Positions 1 through 12,309 of a stretch of DNA of 64,000 bases are shown one piece after another. The stretch spans positions 102,178,001-102,242,000 of the forward strand of contig NC_045696.1 of assembly GCF_009834535.1 (NCBI RefSeq). Reading direction: 5' to 3'. A program made the translations under genes and the position numbers. Source of the DNA: Camelus ferus. Its lineage: Eukaryota. Below the pieces are notes generated by a model, which saw only the letters and a program-made list of their open reading frames with translations, did no database searches and was not told where the DNA came from. Every line of letters begins with the position of its first letter. The first letter of the stretch is position 1.

Positions 1-959
1 AATGTCTGCAGATTGTAGGTGCTCAGTAAATATGTGGATGGACTGAATCTGTTAATTCAGCCTGAGATCCTATTATTCTGGAGGCAGCCATGGTATACTA
101 ACTCATACTTCTCACAGAATTCTTGTCTTTTTCTTTCTTGTGCCAGACCTCAAAATGACAAAATGATCTTTGTCCAGGATTTGGGAAATCACTCTTTGGT
201 ATGAATTTGGATTCTCAGGGAGCAGTCATTAACTAAACAGTCCTCCAGAAGCCGAAAGAGTTAATTGATGTACCTCCCCAAACACAGCTCTTAACCCTGC
301 AGGGTTGTTGGCCCTTGGAAAGGTGAAATCCTATGGTTCTAACTCAAGCTCAGCGAACTTCTGGCCAGCTCCTCTTATTATTAAAAGGCAGCTCTTCTAA
401 ACTCCCAGGGTGCCTGGAATGCCCCCAGTTCCTCAAGTCATTATGTTTCACAGCAGGTTCTCTTGAAAGAGCTTCATCGGCCTTTGGCAGAACATAAGCC
501 AGAATAATGGGCAAGCAGATGCCAGAATGAATTCCAATGTGTACACACAATTCTTGGCCCCGTAAAAATCAATTCGTTATTCATAATTAAGCAACTTCTT
601 GAGAAAGGGAAGGTTGATACAGTTATTAAAAGATAAATAATAAATAAAGATCTACTTGTTTCTCTTTTTTTGGAGGGAGGATAAAAAATTTTAAACACAA
701 AATAGCACTGTAATTAGTTTTTCTTCTACTTTGTTTCTTACCTGTGACACTTAGGGCCAGCCAAACAGAGCAGCTTTTACAAATTTCCATCACCCCTTTG
801 TGTTGTGTTTCTCCTTAAAATGCATCCTTCAGAGCAGAATGGCAAGGCAGCTCCCGATAGTTGGGGAGAAAAGAAACTAGAAGCACCTGAACATAAAGGT
901 CAAAAGGTGTAGCATCCTGTAATGTGAGTCTTTTCTGGTTTTCCAAATTGAGTTTAGGG

Positions 960-1990
960 AGCAGAGCTGAAAACATAAGTTGCTAAATGCCTTAGTACTA
1001 AAAGGAGCCTCTGGGCTGCCCAGCAGTTAGGACCACACACCTCCCAACAGGCTTAATTGGCAACAGAATTAGCCTCATTACCTCCCATTTCTACCTCATC
1101 AACCTGGTCTCAAATCAGTATATAAAAGGGATAGGAAAGAAAGGGGGTCCTCCTTGGAGAGAGTGCAGGTTGAAATGTGAAGCTATTACCCCTCCCCATG
1201 AAAGAGATTCCTCTCCCCTAAGTCAAGTGGAAGGAACCCCCTGGAATCATCCAGATAGACTGGAACTGTCTGCGAGAAAAGGGCTTCCAGCTCATCCCCC
1301 ATGGAGGGAACTGCAGGGGGGCTGAGGTCCTCCCAAAACAGAGCAGAGAAGGGAACTCTTGTGTGTGGCTTCTTGGAATAGGAGAGCACGAGAACACAAG
1401 GGTTGGCCTAGAGATTTCTGAAAGGAATCAGCAGGAGCCTTCTGTGTCAGCAGGACCTGAACGCTCCCTGGTTTGCTGTGTTTGGGGAGCGATCAAGAGA
1501 GAGGTGAGAGCCACTGACCTGCCCAAGTGGCCCCTGATCCAAACCAAAGAAAAGGGCTGGGGATGTGTATAGCTGGCAGGGCAGATGGAAAATTGAGTGG
1601 CTCCAGAGAGGGGACTCTCAAAAAAATAGAGGTGCCACCATGTCAGCAGAGGCATCCAAGAGAAGAATCAAGCAGGAACAAGAGTGAGGCCAGGGGCCCC
1701 TGACCACTATGGACAAGCAGTGGGCCACCTAAGATGGAGAGCTTGGCTCCCATCCATCCTTCATGCCTCCATCACCAGGGGGTGCTGGTACCCAGGAAGG
1801 TGGTGGAAGGTACCTCTTCTGCCTCTCCTTCGTTCTAAATCATCCTGCCTGCTGCTCTAGAATATTCTGCAGGGAGAAGAATACTGCTTTGATGATTTAG
1901 GTTTTAAGCTGGACAGCACTAAGTTTTAAAAACTGAAAGGAATTGGATAATGGAATTTGACCAAGACATCATTAATTAAACTATACACCC
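960..1990 (+). mobile_element. Possible ancient LTR relic (Gypsy/ERV-like)
   Basis: TATATAAAAGG box near 1119, a purine-rich GC-elevated body and an LTR-like 3' region. Family not securely recognised. Confidence 0.3.
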
Positions 1991-2958
1991 AGCACAAAGA
2001 GGGATTCAATATAGTACAGTTAGAATCAGTGATTGGAAAAAAATATTCATGTATATGTCCCAACTAATCAAAAACTCTGCAATAAACTGGTGCCAGCAGT
2101 TAAAAAAAAAATTGTTAGGGATTAAAGATTTGGCAGAGAAAAATGGGAGGCTCTTTTGTGTATCTTTGGCTATAGTAATCATCTCCCCTTTTTTTCTTTA
2201 ACGATTAAATTCACAGAAATTCTAAAAAGGATACTATGTATTTGCATAATACTTTCCTTCTAAAATTCTTAAAGTAGCATTGATTTCATGTTGATAGAAG
2301 AAATGAGACAGGACTGGGAGATAGAGAAGCAGGTTGTCCTAATCAGGCACCCAGGACAGTGAGTGGATTACGTATGGAAGCTGGGAGGACCAGTCAGAGG
2401 AGAGCATCGTTATGAAAAAATGGCTGCCTGGTAATTTGAGGTTGTTGGGTAGTATCTGTGAGTAATTGTGGGGGAAATATTTTAGCAGTAGCAGTAAAGA
2501 GTAACAGGAGTGGGTGGTGTTGGAAATGGGGTGGTCTCGAGAAAGATTGTAAGAATCAGGAAACAAATGACTTCATAGGGTCCAGAATGGGAAGATGGCC
2601 AGAGTTTTGGAAGGGATGGCATTGGTGGCAGTGATGGTGGTACCATTTATAGACTACTTTCCACACATTATCTCATTTTCACTCAGCATAATTGCAGTAC
2701 CTTCTTACACACCTCTTCATTTTACTTCTTTTCCCCTCTCCCCTTCTCCTTCTTCATCAGTAGCATTTGTTGAGCATATGTGCCCCATGCCATTCTTCAC
2801 AATCGGTAAGCTCAAATGGTCCCTGAAACCCATAGATTCTAGACCAGGGACCAGTCAGCACATGAGAGAGATAGGTGATGATGCCTCAGTTCTGTTTTGA
2901 TTGAGGTACTGATTGGACATCCAGTTTGAGATACTTCTTTTAGAATGAAACCAAGCTC

Positions 2959-3032
2959 TGAGTGAGAGAGAGAGAGAGAAAGAGAAGGAAAGAGAGAGAA
3001 GGAGGAGGAGGAGGAAGAGGAGAGGAGGAGGG
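2959..3032 (+). repeat. (GA)n/(GGA)n polypurine microsatellite
   Basis: GAGAGAGAG...GGAGGAGGAGGAG visible directly. Confidence 0.9.
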
Positions 3033-3069
3033 ATGGGTTATTTGAAAAACAGTGACTTACTTAAGAAAT

Positions 3070-3330
3070 GTTTACCTAGTTCTTAATATGTGCCAAGTAC
3101 TTCTTCAAATGCTTTAAAAACATTAATTTATTGATTTCTCAGAGCAATCTTATGTGACAGGTACAATTATTATCATCCTGATGTTTATTATCATGTTTTA
3201 ACCATCATCATGATATGAAACTGAGGTTCATATAGTCTTTAAGTAACTTGCTTGAGGTCACACAGCCAGTAAGTGGCAGAGCTGAGATTTGCACCCAGAT
3301 CTCAGATTCAGATACTATGCTCGTAATGCT
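3070..3330 (-). mobile_element. MIR SINE
   Basis: Reverse MIR core: gaaactgagg...aagtaacttgcttgaggtcacacagccagtaagtggcagagctgagatttgcacccag. Confidence 0.85.
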
Positions 3331-4579
3331 ACCTAAGCTGCCAGGGGGGCTCCCTGCACGAACATTATAAAGATGAAAAGATAGGTTGTTGAGAAACACT
3401 GGAGTTTCCCTCATGTCTATGAATCTTAAATGATCTGGTGAGTAGTATGATCCTTATTCAACTTGCTCTCATCAAAGGAATTTAGGATATTTCATACATT
3501 TCAAAACTTTTGAGTAAAAGATATACACATTTATTTCTGAGACTGGATGCAATACATATCATCAAACTAGTTTTTGCTGAATAATCTGTTTCTGAACAGA
3601 ATGAATCAATAACCTGGACTTATTTCCAATTTATGAGATGAATATTTAAACACCACTGTGTATTTCTGGTCATACCATTTTCAAGGATATTGGTTCCCTC
3701 CAACTCAAATATTCTTTTCCAGAAATCTGGGGGCCACAGATCTATCTTCTCCAGCTTGTTCTATGAATAGTACCTCTTCAGAGTGTTGTCCCAAAGAACA
3801 AGCACCACAGGTTAGCAGAACGTCTAATTCCTCTTCCTCACCTCTCCCCACTTTGGTATTTGCATCCACTAGTGGTTCAAGCCTCTCCCTTGGTGCAGAG
3901 GAGGAGGTGTTTCCTTTTTAAGTCCAAAGTGCTGAAACCGTTGGAACATGATATTCCTTCCTCTCTCGGGTTGAAGTTGGAAAACTCTACACCCACTACC
4001 CAAACCCTCAGTTGTTTCCAAAAACACCCTCTGCAGCTGCTGTGCCATAATCCAGAGGCTTAGTGTTGAAGCTGAGTTAGAGCCTGGAGGAACCACCTCC
4101 TAAGACCCTGGCAGTCGGGAGAGATGCAACATCCCTGAACCACAGGCTCCTGCTTTCTTTACCTCACTCCTCGCCAAAAGCCAGAGGGCTTTGCCTGCAG
4201 AACGTCCCCTGCTAAACCTGGGGAGATGCAACTCAAGCCCAGTCTCCTGGCCTGTTCCTGTCCTGGGGCAGATCCCTGTCCAGACGGCTGAGGACACTCC
4301 TTTCCTCCTTAATTCTCAGAGCCAGGAGCTCCGCACTAAACATGACAACCTGCTAGCCTCACTTCTGTGGCCAGTTCCTCCCTGGAAACCCATCTGTTCC
4401 CATGAAAAAGTGACTGGTTCCCCTGCAGCAACCTGGAAGCACATGGTGCTGGGAGGGAAGCCATACCCCACTGGCCCGTAGTGGGGACCGAGGCCTGGTT
4501 TAGCCACGGCACTCTGCTCTCTGTCCTCAGGAGCTTGTGGAAGTCCTTAGTAGAATGATGATGATGGTGTTGGTGATGG

Positions 4580-4810
4580 AAGTTAACATTCACTGAGTGT
4601 TAATTTTTTGTGCACATAATCAGCACTCAATGACTGGCCCTACAACCCACAAGGTAAATATACAGATTCTAAATGTACCTCATATCCTCACACATTTCTG
4701 GGGGATAAGTACTTACTATTATATCTACTTTACAGACTTTGAAACTGAGTCTGAGTATGATGAAGTAACTTACCCAAGGCCTTTCAGCCAATAAGGATCA
4801 GATCTTTGAG
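4580..4810 (-). mobile_element. MIR SINE (degenerate)
   Basis: tttacagactttgaaactgag...aagtaacttacccaagg. Confidence 0.65.
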
Positions 4811-5079
4811 GCTCAAACTGAGAGTCCCAAGTGTCACCTTCAGTCTTGATTTGATGTATTTTATTTAAAAAACGGGAGTCGGGAGAAAGAAAAAGTTAAC
4901 CTTACCTCTCTATTTATCTAGCATACATTTTATAGGATCAAATAAGGTTATAATGCAGGCATAAGAGAACTAAATATTATGTAACTGTGAGGGCTTTTGT
5001 ATATTTTTAATGTGGAATTTAAAGCTCTGGGTGATGCCACCTACCCACATTTACCCCTCCACAGTTGCCCACATACATG

Positions 5080-5390
5080 CCCCTAGGCTCTAGCCGTAAC
5101 TATATGGTTCTACCTTGAAGTGCCCTTAACTCACCTGCCTCCTTGCCTTTGCTTCCACTCTTTCCACTGCCTGGAATACCCTCTCCCTATCACTGACTAT
5201 TGACTTGCTTCTTTGCTCAAACATGACCCCCTCTATTCTAAAATAGTCTCCCTTTCCTCTTTTGCCCCAATAAATGTTGTACATCTCTCACAAAGTCACA
5301 CTCAGCACTATGACTATAGCTAGTTGTCATCTATATCTTAGGCTTCTCTGCCTATGCCTTGCAGGTGGTCAATAAAATGTTTGTTAGCTT
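5080..5390 (+). mobile_element. L2 LINE 3' fragment
   Basis: gcctttgct...ctgcctggaataccctctccc...caataaaatgtttgtt, typical of the L2 3' end. Confidence 0.6.
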
Positions 5391-7624
5391 AATTCTGCTT
5401 CTCTTTTCTATGCCCTTCCCTGCCTGCCCCCAACACCTTGCACCTAATGCATCTCCTGGTATAGAGCAGGTCCCCAGTGCATCCTGGGTAACATCCTGAG
5501 GTGCTTTAGGGCTGGCAAATTCAATGGGCAATCCTCTATAGGTCAAGGAGACTTAAGCTCTTCTTTTCAGTTAAATCTGACGTCACAGGGAAGGTAGGCT
5601 GTACCCTGTTGGGTGGGGATCAGAGCCCAGGAAGAAAACATTTCCCAAAATGCAGACTATCAACCCATAGGGATACCCAGATGATTTTAAGTGACACACA
5701 GGTGAACTTCTTTTTTTTCAAAATTTATAATTACATAATCTCATTTGTATTAGAAAGAAATATAATAAGCACATCAAATCTATGATTTCATAAAGATTAT
5801 TTAATAAAAGCATTTACATTTGAACAAAAATATGTTGATTTAGAGAAAATCATCACAAAAATAATGACACAGAATATGACCAGAAGGTGGGCTGGTGGGG
5901 CTTCGGGCTCAATAGTCATGGGGACAGAGAAAACACTTCTGCTGAATGTGGAGGTGAAGATGGGGGTGAAGATGTCCTGTTCTATAAGTCAGATCTGCTG
6001 GGGGCAGCCTGAGGAATTAACAGAATTATTTACAAAAACTGTGTTACTGTGCAAAAACCTGTGTTTGAAAGGCACACTGCAACTAGAATGTTTTCTCATT
6101 ACTATTGTTTCTTCATTGGAATGAAGAAATATGTTCACATCTCACGTACACGGCCTTAGGCACCAAGTTTCATGACAACGAGGGGTTTCACACACTTTCC
6201 CAGGCCTGTCAGCTACCATGGACCCAAATATGGGTTTGCTTTTCCTTTCTTTTTTTTTTTTCCTGCAAAGCACCACACTTTACAAAGAGGAAAAACACTT
6301 CAAAGGCAATCCCTTTCTCGCATACATTTCAGGGTTCCATTTGAGATCCACATTCATCTTCCTTATCCAATTACGTGATCAAAGCAGAAGGGTTTGGCCT
6401 ACTTTGGCGGTTTAAAGACATCCAGGGAAAAGCTAAAAACATTTAAAACTACCTTTTCTATGCCAGACATCTTCCTAGAGGAGAATTGGAATCCACTCCC
6501 CCTGCTTTCTCTTAACTAGTCTCTAGACACAAAAAGTCAGGTCAGAGAGTTAACGTGCCCTAAACATCCAGCCGGTAAAAGATTCAGTTACATCTCTGTA
6601 AAATCCAATCTAATCTTAAGTCAGTGTGTCTAGTGTACTGTTTGCTCTCTACACAGCTACAAAGTCCCTTCCAGAAGCTGCTGAGAAACTCTTGTTTTTG
6701 TCTGATTACTTTTAAAGACCTCGTATTAAAATAAAAACTGCAACAACAACAAAAAATCTGAACAGTTAATTCATTAGTCTCCCCAAAGCTACTGGCTCTA
6801 GCACATCTGTTCATTTTAATGCTATAATATGGAGTCCATGTTTCCTAAAATAAGACATACCTTGTCCTTTACATGAATAGTCTGGGATTTGAGGCCTTGG
6901 TTAAAAAAAAATAGCAAATATAAAATCCTCAAAAATATTTAAGTGAAAAGACTGCCTATTGGTGGATTGATTTTTCCTCTATGGATATAAATCTGTTGGC
7001 AACCACCAGAATCGGGGTATGAAAAATGACCCGAGGCAGCTGCTGCTATTTGTTTCAGTGGGAAAACGAGGGTTTTGCCTCTCCCCAGGGGTTAATGCTG
7101 TGATGCTCTGAACGTCATCTGGGCTCTGTTTCTGAAGGGTTACACTGGAGAGGAGCAATGCTTTGTGGTTTATGACAGGATCACAGCAGAATATTTTGTG
7201 CATGCTGTGATTTGTATCGCCCATTTGTGCACAGGCCATAAAAGTGCACTTTTTATCAGGAACATTTGTGAATATATAACAGCGCTGAAGACATATGGCC
7301 ACTAAATAATTCACAGTTATCTATCTCCTCAGCAGATTCCTTATACACCTACCATGTTTTAATGCCTAGTTTGCTCAGAAACAATATTCTTTATGACCCT
7401 TCCAATATAAAAATGTTTACTGACTGGCAGCAATATATGGATACCATGGGATAGGGCTGTATGGAAGGGGAGAGCTTTCTGCTTTCTCCTTCTCTCTTGG
7501 TCCTCATTTGTTTCCCCTGAACTCTTCCAGACAGCACCTAATCTCATAGGAGAAGGTGTCCTCCCCCCGAAAGTGGGTGCTAAATTGTAACTTCTAGGGT
7601 TTGGGCCACGAGATGGAAGTCACT

Positions 7625-7653
7625 GACTAACCTTCACCCTCTTCTCTTTTCAG
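7625..7653 (+). promoter_or_regulatory. Major-type branch point, polypyrimidine tract and 3' splice site
   Basis: GACTAAC (7625-7631, close to the TACTAAC consensus) followed by CTTCACCCTCTTCTCTTTTCAG. Confidence 0.75.
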
Positions 7654-7792
7654 TTCTATATCCATTTACAGTCCCAAGGAGAATCCAAATGCATTTGATG
7701 CTGCAGCATTCTTCCAGTCCGTGGGGAATTTCCTGGGGATCTTTGCCGGCTCGTTTGCAATGGGGTCTGCGTATGCTGTTGTCACAGCACTG
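7654..7792 (+). CDS. SLC9A9: SLC9A9/NHE9 internal coding exon (probably exon 7), 139 bp
   Basis: Preceded by a pyrimidine tract and CAG (7651-7653). After one split-codon base it translates to [46 protein letters not shown], which matches my recollection of the NHE9 transmembrane region. Followed by the U12 donor ATATCCTTT. Confidence 0.96.
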
Positions 7793-9179
7793 ATATCCTT
7801 TGTCTGGATGTGGAAAGCTGGGGACTGTGTGGGGCTGTTAAGAGCAGTCAATGTCCCTGGAATGTTTCTATGGATGGACAAACTCCAGGCCAGAAAATGG
7901 CTAGATAGTCTTGTTTAAGTGCAATCCAGCACCACTGGGGCCATCTTGATTCTGAGTCAACCCTCAAGGCATAGGTACCAGTGGAAGAGGGGCCCAGGCT
8001 CTTTTCCTGTCTAAGGACAGTTCTAGCACTGCTGCTGATACTCTCTGATTCTAGGATATCAACAGTTTTAAAAATTACCACCTGAGAAAATAGGTGGGAA
8101 GGGGGGCATCAGGATTAACTACATTAGGGTCAAGAGGAAGAACTAAAGATCCAAGGCCAAGGATAAAACAGGATTGACTGTGAATGATAAACTAAGTATT
8201 TTCTGCCTCCTTCTCAAACTTGTATCAATCACTAGTTCACAGGGTTGGCTGAGCCAATGATCACTATGGGTTTAAACAAGCATCCATAGCTATTTTCTGG
8301 AAAGGGAACAGCAAGCAACGCAGAAATGATGTTTGCTGTTATCTGGGCAGTCATCTCATTTCCTCTTTTCAGTAGAGAGGTGAGAGGATGGGTAGAGTTC
8401 CTAGAGGAGTCAAGCCAGGGAAAGGAGCTGGTCTGGTGGGTTATTCATTCAGAGCAGTTGGATGGACCAAAAATAAGTCAGATTTGAGGAGGAAAGCCAA
8501 AAGGCTAACGTCGAGTATGAGGACTTAACAGAGGTCACAAAGAAGAGGCAGAGCAAAGGATCAAAGACCTTGGGGAAAAGAGAAGGAAGAAAGAAGACAG
8601 GTGCAAGAGGGGTCAGGGATTAAGGCAAAGAAAGTGAAATGTTGAGGTCTTTTTGCATGAGAGCTGGTCCAGCAGTTGACTGAAAACTACTAAAAGACTA
8701 GGTTCTATGAAGGGTTTCTAAGACAAGTCAGAAGATGAATAAAACGTGGACCCTGCCTTCAATGGGAAAAAGGGTGGAGAGAAGGAAGAGATGGAGGTGG
8801 GGCCTCGGCCAAACCTCCTTTGGGTATAGGCTCCAGGGCTCTGGACTAGCGTGGAGCTTGCTCAGAACCGAATGGCTTTCTGGCGGCAGTAGAAGGAGAA
8901 CACCCTATGTCCAGGGGATGCTCTGCTATTCAAATAGGCCTGAACCTTCTCCTTATAGCACATTAGAAGAGAGAATTCAGAGGAACAAACGCCACTAGAA
9001 ACAAAGCCTTTCCTCCAAGTAACAAGAAAGGATGCTGGAAGAGTCCAAGGGCAGCCCATTTTTTCCTCCAGATGAAGAATTGTTTCCAGATCCTCACTGA
9101 ATCTTTTTTCAGAAAATGTTTTGCAGAGCAAATTAATTTAAATCACACTAATATAAAAACTTACACATCCCTTGTCATA

Positions 9180-9570
9180 TACCCCACACTCTTCTGAGCA
9201 CTCGACATATTGTAACTGGTTTATATACCTAGAGAATCAGTTGCATTATTATGCCCACTTTCAGACAGGGAAACCAAGGCACAGAGCCCAAGATAGAGTT
9301 GGCTTCTAGTAGCCATACTCCCAACCATGACATTACCCTTGGTATTTTGTGCTTTCTAAGTCCTAAGACTTTACAAAACATTTTTAATATACTTCATCTC
9401 ATTTTACTCTCCACACTGTGTGGGTAGGTATTCTTCTTATCGCCAGTTCACCTAGGATACCAATAAGGCTCAGAGAGATAAACATACTGCTCAGAAATCA
9501 CACAGCCAGTGACTTAGAGAACTGGGACTCAAACCCAGATCTTCCATCCCAGGAGTCATGCTTTTTGCTT
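9180..9570 (-). mobile_element. Two tandem MIR fragments
   Basis: cccactttcagacagggaaaccaaggcacagag and aggctcagagagataaac...cacagccagt...ctgggactcaaacccag. Confidence 0.65.
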
Positions 9571-10401
9571 CCCTGCCCTGCTGCTAAACATCTCTTAATG
9601 TGGAATTTTCTTTAGATTTCGCTCTAGAAGCACAAAAATGCAACATTGCATCTCCTTTTCTGTCAAGGCATTTTCAGCCTAACAGTGGACACAGCTGCAG
9701 TGTAGTCCTTTCCCATCCATCACATGCTCCTAATCATCTCCTCATAACCCATTCTCTGCATGACTCAGATCACTGTGCCTTTGCTCTATTTGCAATTTAT
9801 AGACTATTGACCAAGTGTCATCCTGGCCAAAATGAACCATTGCTCGCCAAAGGGCATCTTGCTTGACCTAGAAATAATATACTTTTTCCTCCATCCTACT
9901 TATACAGAGAGAGCATAGGCAGCTTCCCTATCACTGAACATGAATGCTTCTTATCCAATTTCCATCCCCAGGAGAGAAGTTTCTTCAAGGCGATCTGTCC
10001 ACAGACCAGCACTCCCTGGAGAGCAGTGGCCTCCTTTGGTGTTTATGCCCTGGTAGGATCTCTTCCAGCCACAATCTCCTTGGCTTTCCCCCTAGATCTG
10101 CCAGTCTCTTAAGGGGCACACCCCAAGAGCTGAGGCCAAATTTAAGAAGTTTTTTGCCTGCACTTAGCTGATTTTATCCTCTTAGTAAGACATCTTTTTA
10201 TTCTGAACACCAGTTTGAATTTTTGCAAGAGTGTTCGGCCCCCAGTGAAGCATGAAACTCATGCTGGCTTTCAAAGTAAGTCTCAGTGAGAGTTACAGCC
10301 TCCCAGTCAGGTCTGAAAATCAGTTCTCTCATCTAAAACTATCACAACTAGATTAGTTTCTCTCAGCCAAGAAGGAGATTTATCTGTACAAGCAGTTGTT
10401 G

Positions 10402-10412
10402 TTTCCCTTAAC
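10402..10412 (+). promoter_or_regulatory. U12 branch point sequence
   Basis: TTTCCCTTAAC resembles the consensus TTCCTTAAC. The branch A is about 14 nt upstream of the AC acceptor, and there is no long polypyrimidine tract, as is typical of U12 introns. Confidence 0.9.
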
Positions 10413-10425
10413 ACGTCTTTGTCAC

Positions 10426-10531
10426 TTGACCAAATTTACCAAACTGTGTGAGTTCCCAATGCTGGAAACCGGCCTGTTTTTCCTCCTGTCTTGGAGCGCC
10501 TTCCTGTCTGCTGAGGCTGCTGGCCTAACAG
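10426..10531 (+). CDS. SLC9A9: SLC9A9/NHE9 internal coding exon (probably exon 8), 106 bp
   Basis: Translates to [35 protein letters not shown] plus one G base. Donor is AG|GTCAGT at 10532. Confidence 0.96.
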
Positions 10532-11444
10532 GTCAGTACTTTGTTCTGTGCAACAAACTGGGCATGTGAATACATGTGTTTCCCACCCCACCCCCTGCCC
10601 TGTGCCCCACTCCCTGCACAGCAGGTGAAATGAAGTCTCTCTTCTATAGGTTTGTGTCAGAATCAGTCTCTCTTGGGTACCCTGGGGAGAAAAAAAATTC
10701 ATCCATTTACCCAATAGCTCAATCAGAAGCCTCCAAAGTGCCATTTCCTCTTCTCTCCTTGTGGGTCAGGAAGGGGATGTTGAAATCTACAAATGACTGA
10801 TGTGTGGAGGTGATGGATGATTTTACAAATGGGAGTCTCTGCTCAGTGTGAATGGACGCACAGCTGCTTTGTGGGAAAGGGTGGTGGCTTTCCATTGGCT
10901 ATTTACAGCTATGCCTGCATAAGCAGCCTGTCTGGGGTGTGCACATCTCCACACACAACAGTGTTCACAATCTTTGCATTCACTCCATCACAGGCCAGAA
11001 AACAGAGAGCTAATGTGGTGACTCTATAGTTTGGTATCTCCTACTGCAGAAAGTCTGTATGTAGAGTCCTCCGAGGTGGAATAGTTGATAGACAAAGAGG
11101 CAGTCCCTAAGGTTCCAGGGCCACGCATCCTGTACCTGGATTTGGCAATTAGATTGCCTTCCTGCAACAGCAAGGGTTTGCGCTTGGATGGCTGCAACAA
11201 TTGGGTGCTTTTCCATGTAGAAGAATCACTGCAGCTCTGAGCAAAATGTCAAAGCTATTTCTCTCCTTTGGCCTAGTTCCCCGCTTCTCCCAGGTTTCAA
11301 TCCTAGATCCCTTGCTACTCACTAACTACACCTTAATTGACATTCAAGTGGTGAGACACCCCCTGTCTCCCAAAGTACTAGCCGGGAACAAAGTGTGTCT
11401 CCCTGGGTGTTTGAATTTGAATAGATGATACTTTAAGTGTAAAT

Positions 11445-11645
11445 AATAATAAAAGTTGACATATGTTGAACATGTACCATGAGCCAGGTGCTGGCTAACT
11501 GCCTTTTGTGAATGTTCTCATTAATTTACAGAAAGACTCAAAGTTAAGGATTATGCACAGTTTACTCAGCCAACAGTAAGTGGTGGAGCTGGGATTTAAA
11601 ACTAGGAGATCTGATTCCAGAGCCTGGGCTCATGGGTACCAAGCG
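11445..11645 (-). mobile_element. MIR SINE
   Basis: agtaagtggtggagctgggatttaaaactagg...tgattccagagcc. Confidence 0.7.
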
Positions 11646-12285
11646 TTGTTATCTTGAATGAAATTCTATTTATGGAATATAAGGCAAGCCCCCAAGAGTA
11701 GGAAGACCCAGGAGCCTGCCAGGCTCACCTGCTTCTAAGTTGGTTTTGTCCCTTCTGGGAAAGCCAGAGCAAATCTTTGTTGCCATGGTAACCTGTTGCT
11801 CTGGGCAGCTGACTCACCTGACTTCATAGCCACAGGAACCAAGCTATTCCCACAGGCTCTGAGTGTGTCTGTTGCTGAATCGGATAGCCACCCTGCCAGT
11901 TCTTATGACACTATAATCAAGACTACATTACCAGAGTCCACCCCACCAGGCCCTTGTATCATTTCAAGTCATTCCAGCACGACATCCATTATATTAGTGC
12001 CTTACCATGTTATTAGAGAGGTTACTGAAGAGCTTATGCATTCCAGAGAAAGAGAATGCTAGTGTCCCTTAAATGAAATAAGGCAGGAAACAGTTTACAT
12101 CTGTCTTTCAAAAATTTGTGGTCCCCTTTCTTCCACATTCTGTGCCCTTTTCAGCACTTAACATGTTGTAAAATGACGCAAGTAATGTTAACAATAAGAA
12201 TAGCTGTTTGACCTTCCAGAAAGGTAAAAAAAGTATCTTAATTCACTTGGTATTTTTTAGTCTCCTGTTGAACATTGTAATAAAT

Positions 12286-12309
12286 ACACACACACACACA
12301 CACACACAC
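12286..12309 (+). repeat. (AC)12 microsatellite
   Basis: Direct observation. Confidence 0.9.

Larger units (their letters stand above)
7793..10425 (+). other. SLC9A9: U12-type (minor spliceosome) AT-AC intron, 2633 bp, phase 0
   Basis: 5' end is ATATCCTTT (7793-7801). Branch sequence TTTCCCTTAAC lies at 10402-10412 and the 3' end is TCAC (AC at 10424-10425). Joining at these sites gives in-frame ...VTAL|LTKF... Confidence 0.95.

Noticed and set aside
7631..7637. CCTTCAC near the upstream acceptor as a possible U12 branch site
   Set aside because: A good U2 branch (GACTAAC) and pyrimidine tract explain the site, and that intron's donor is outside the window.
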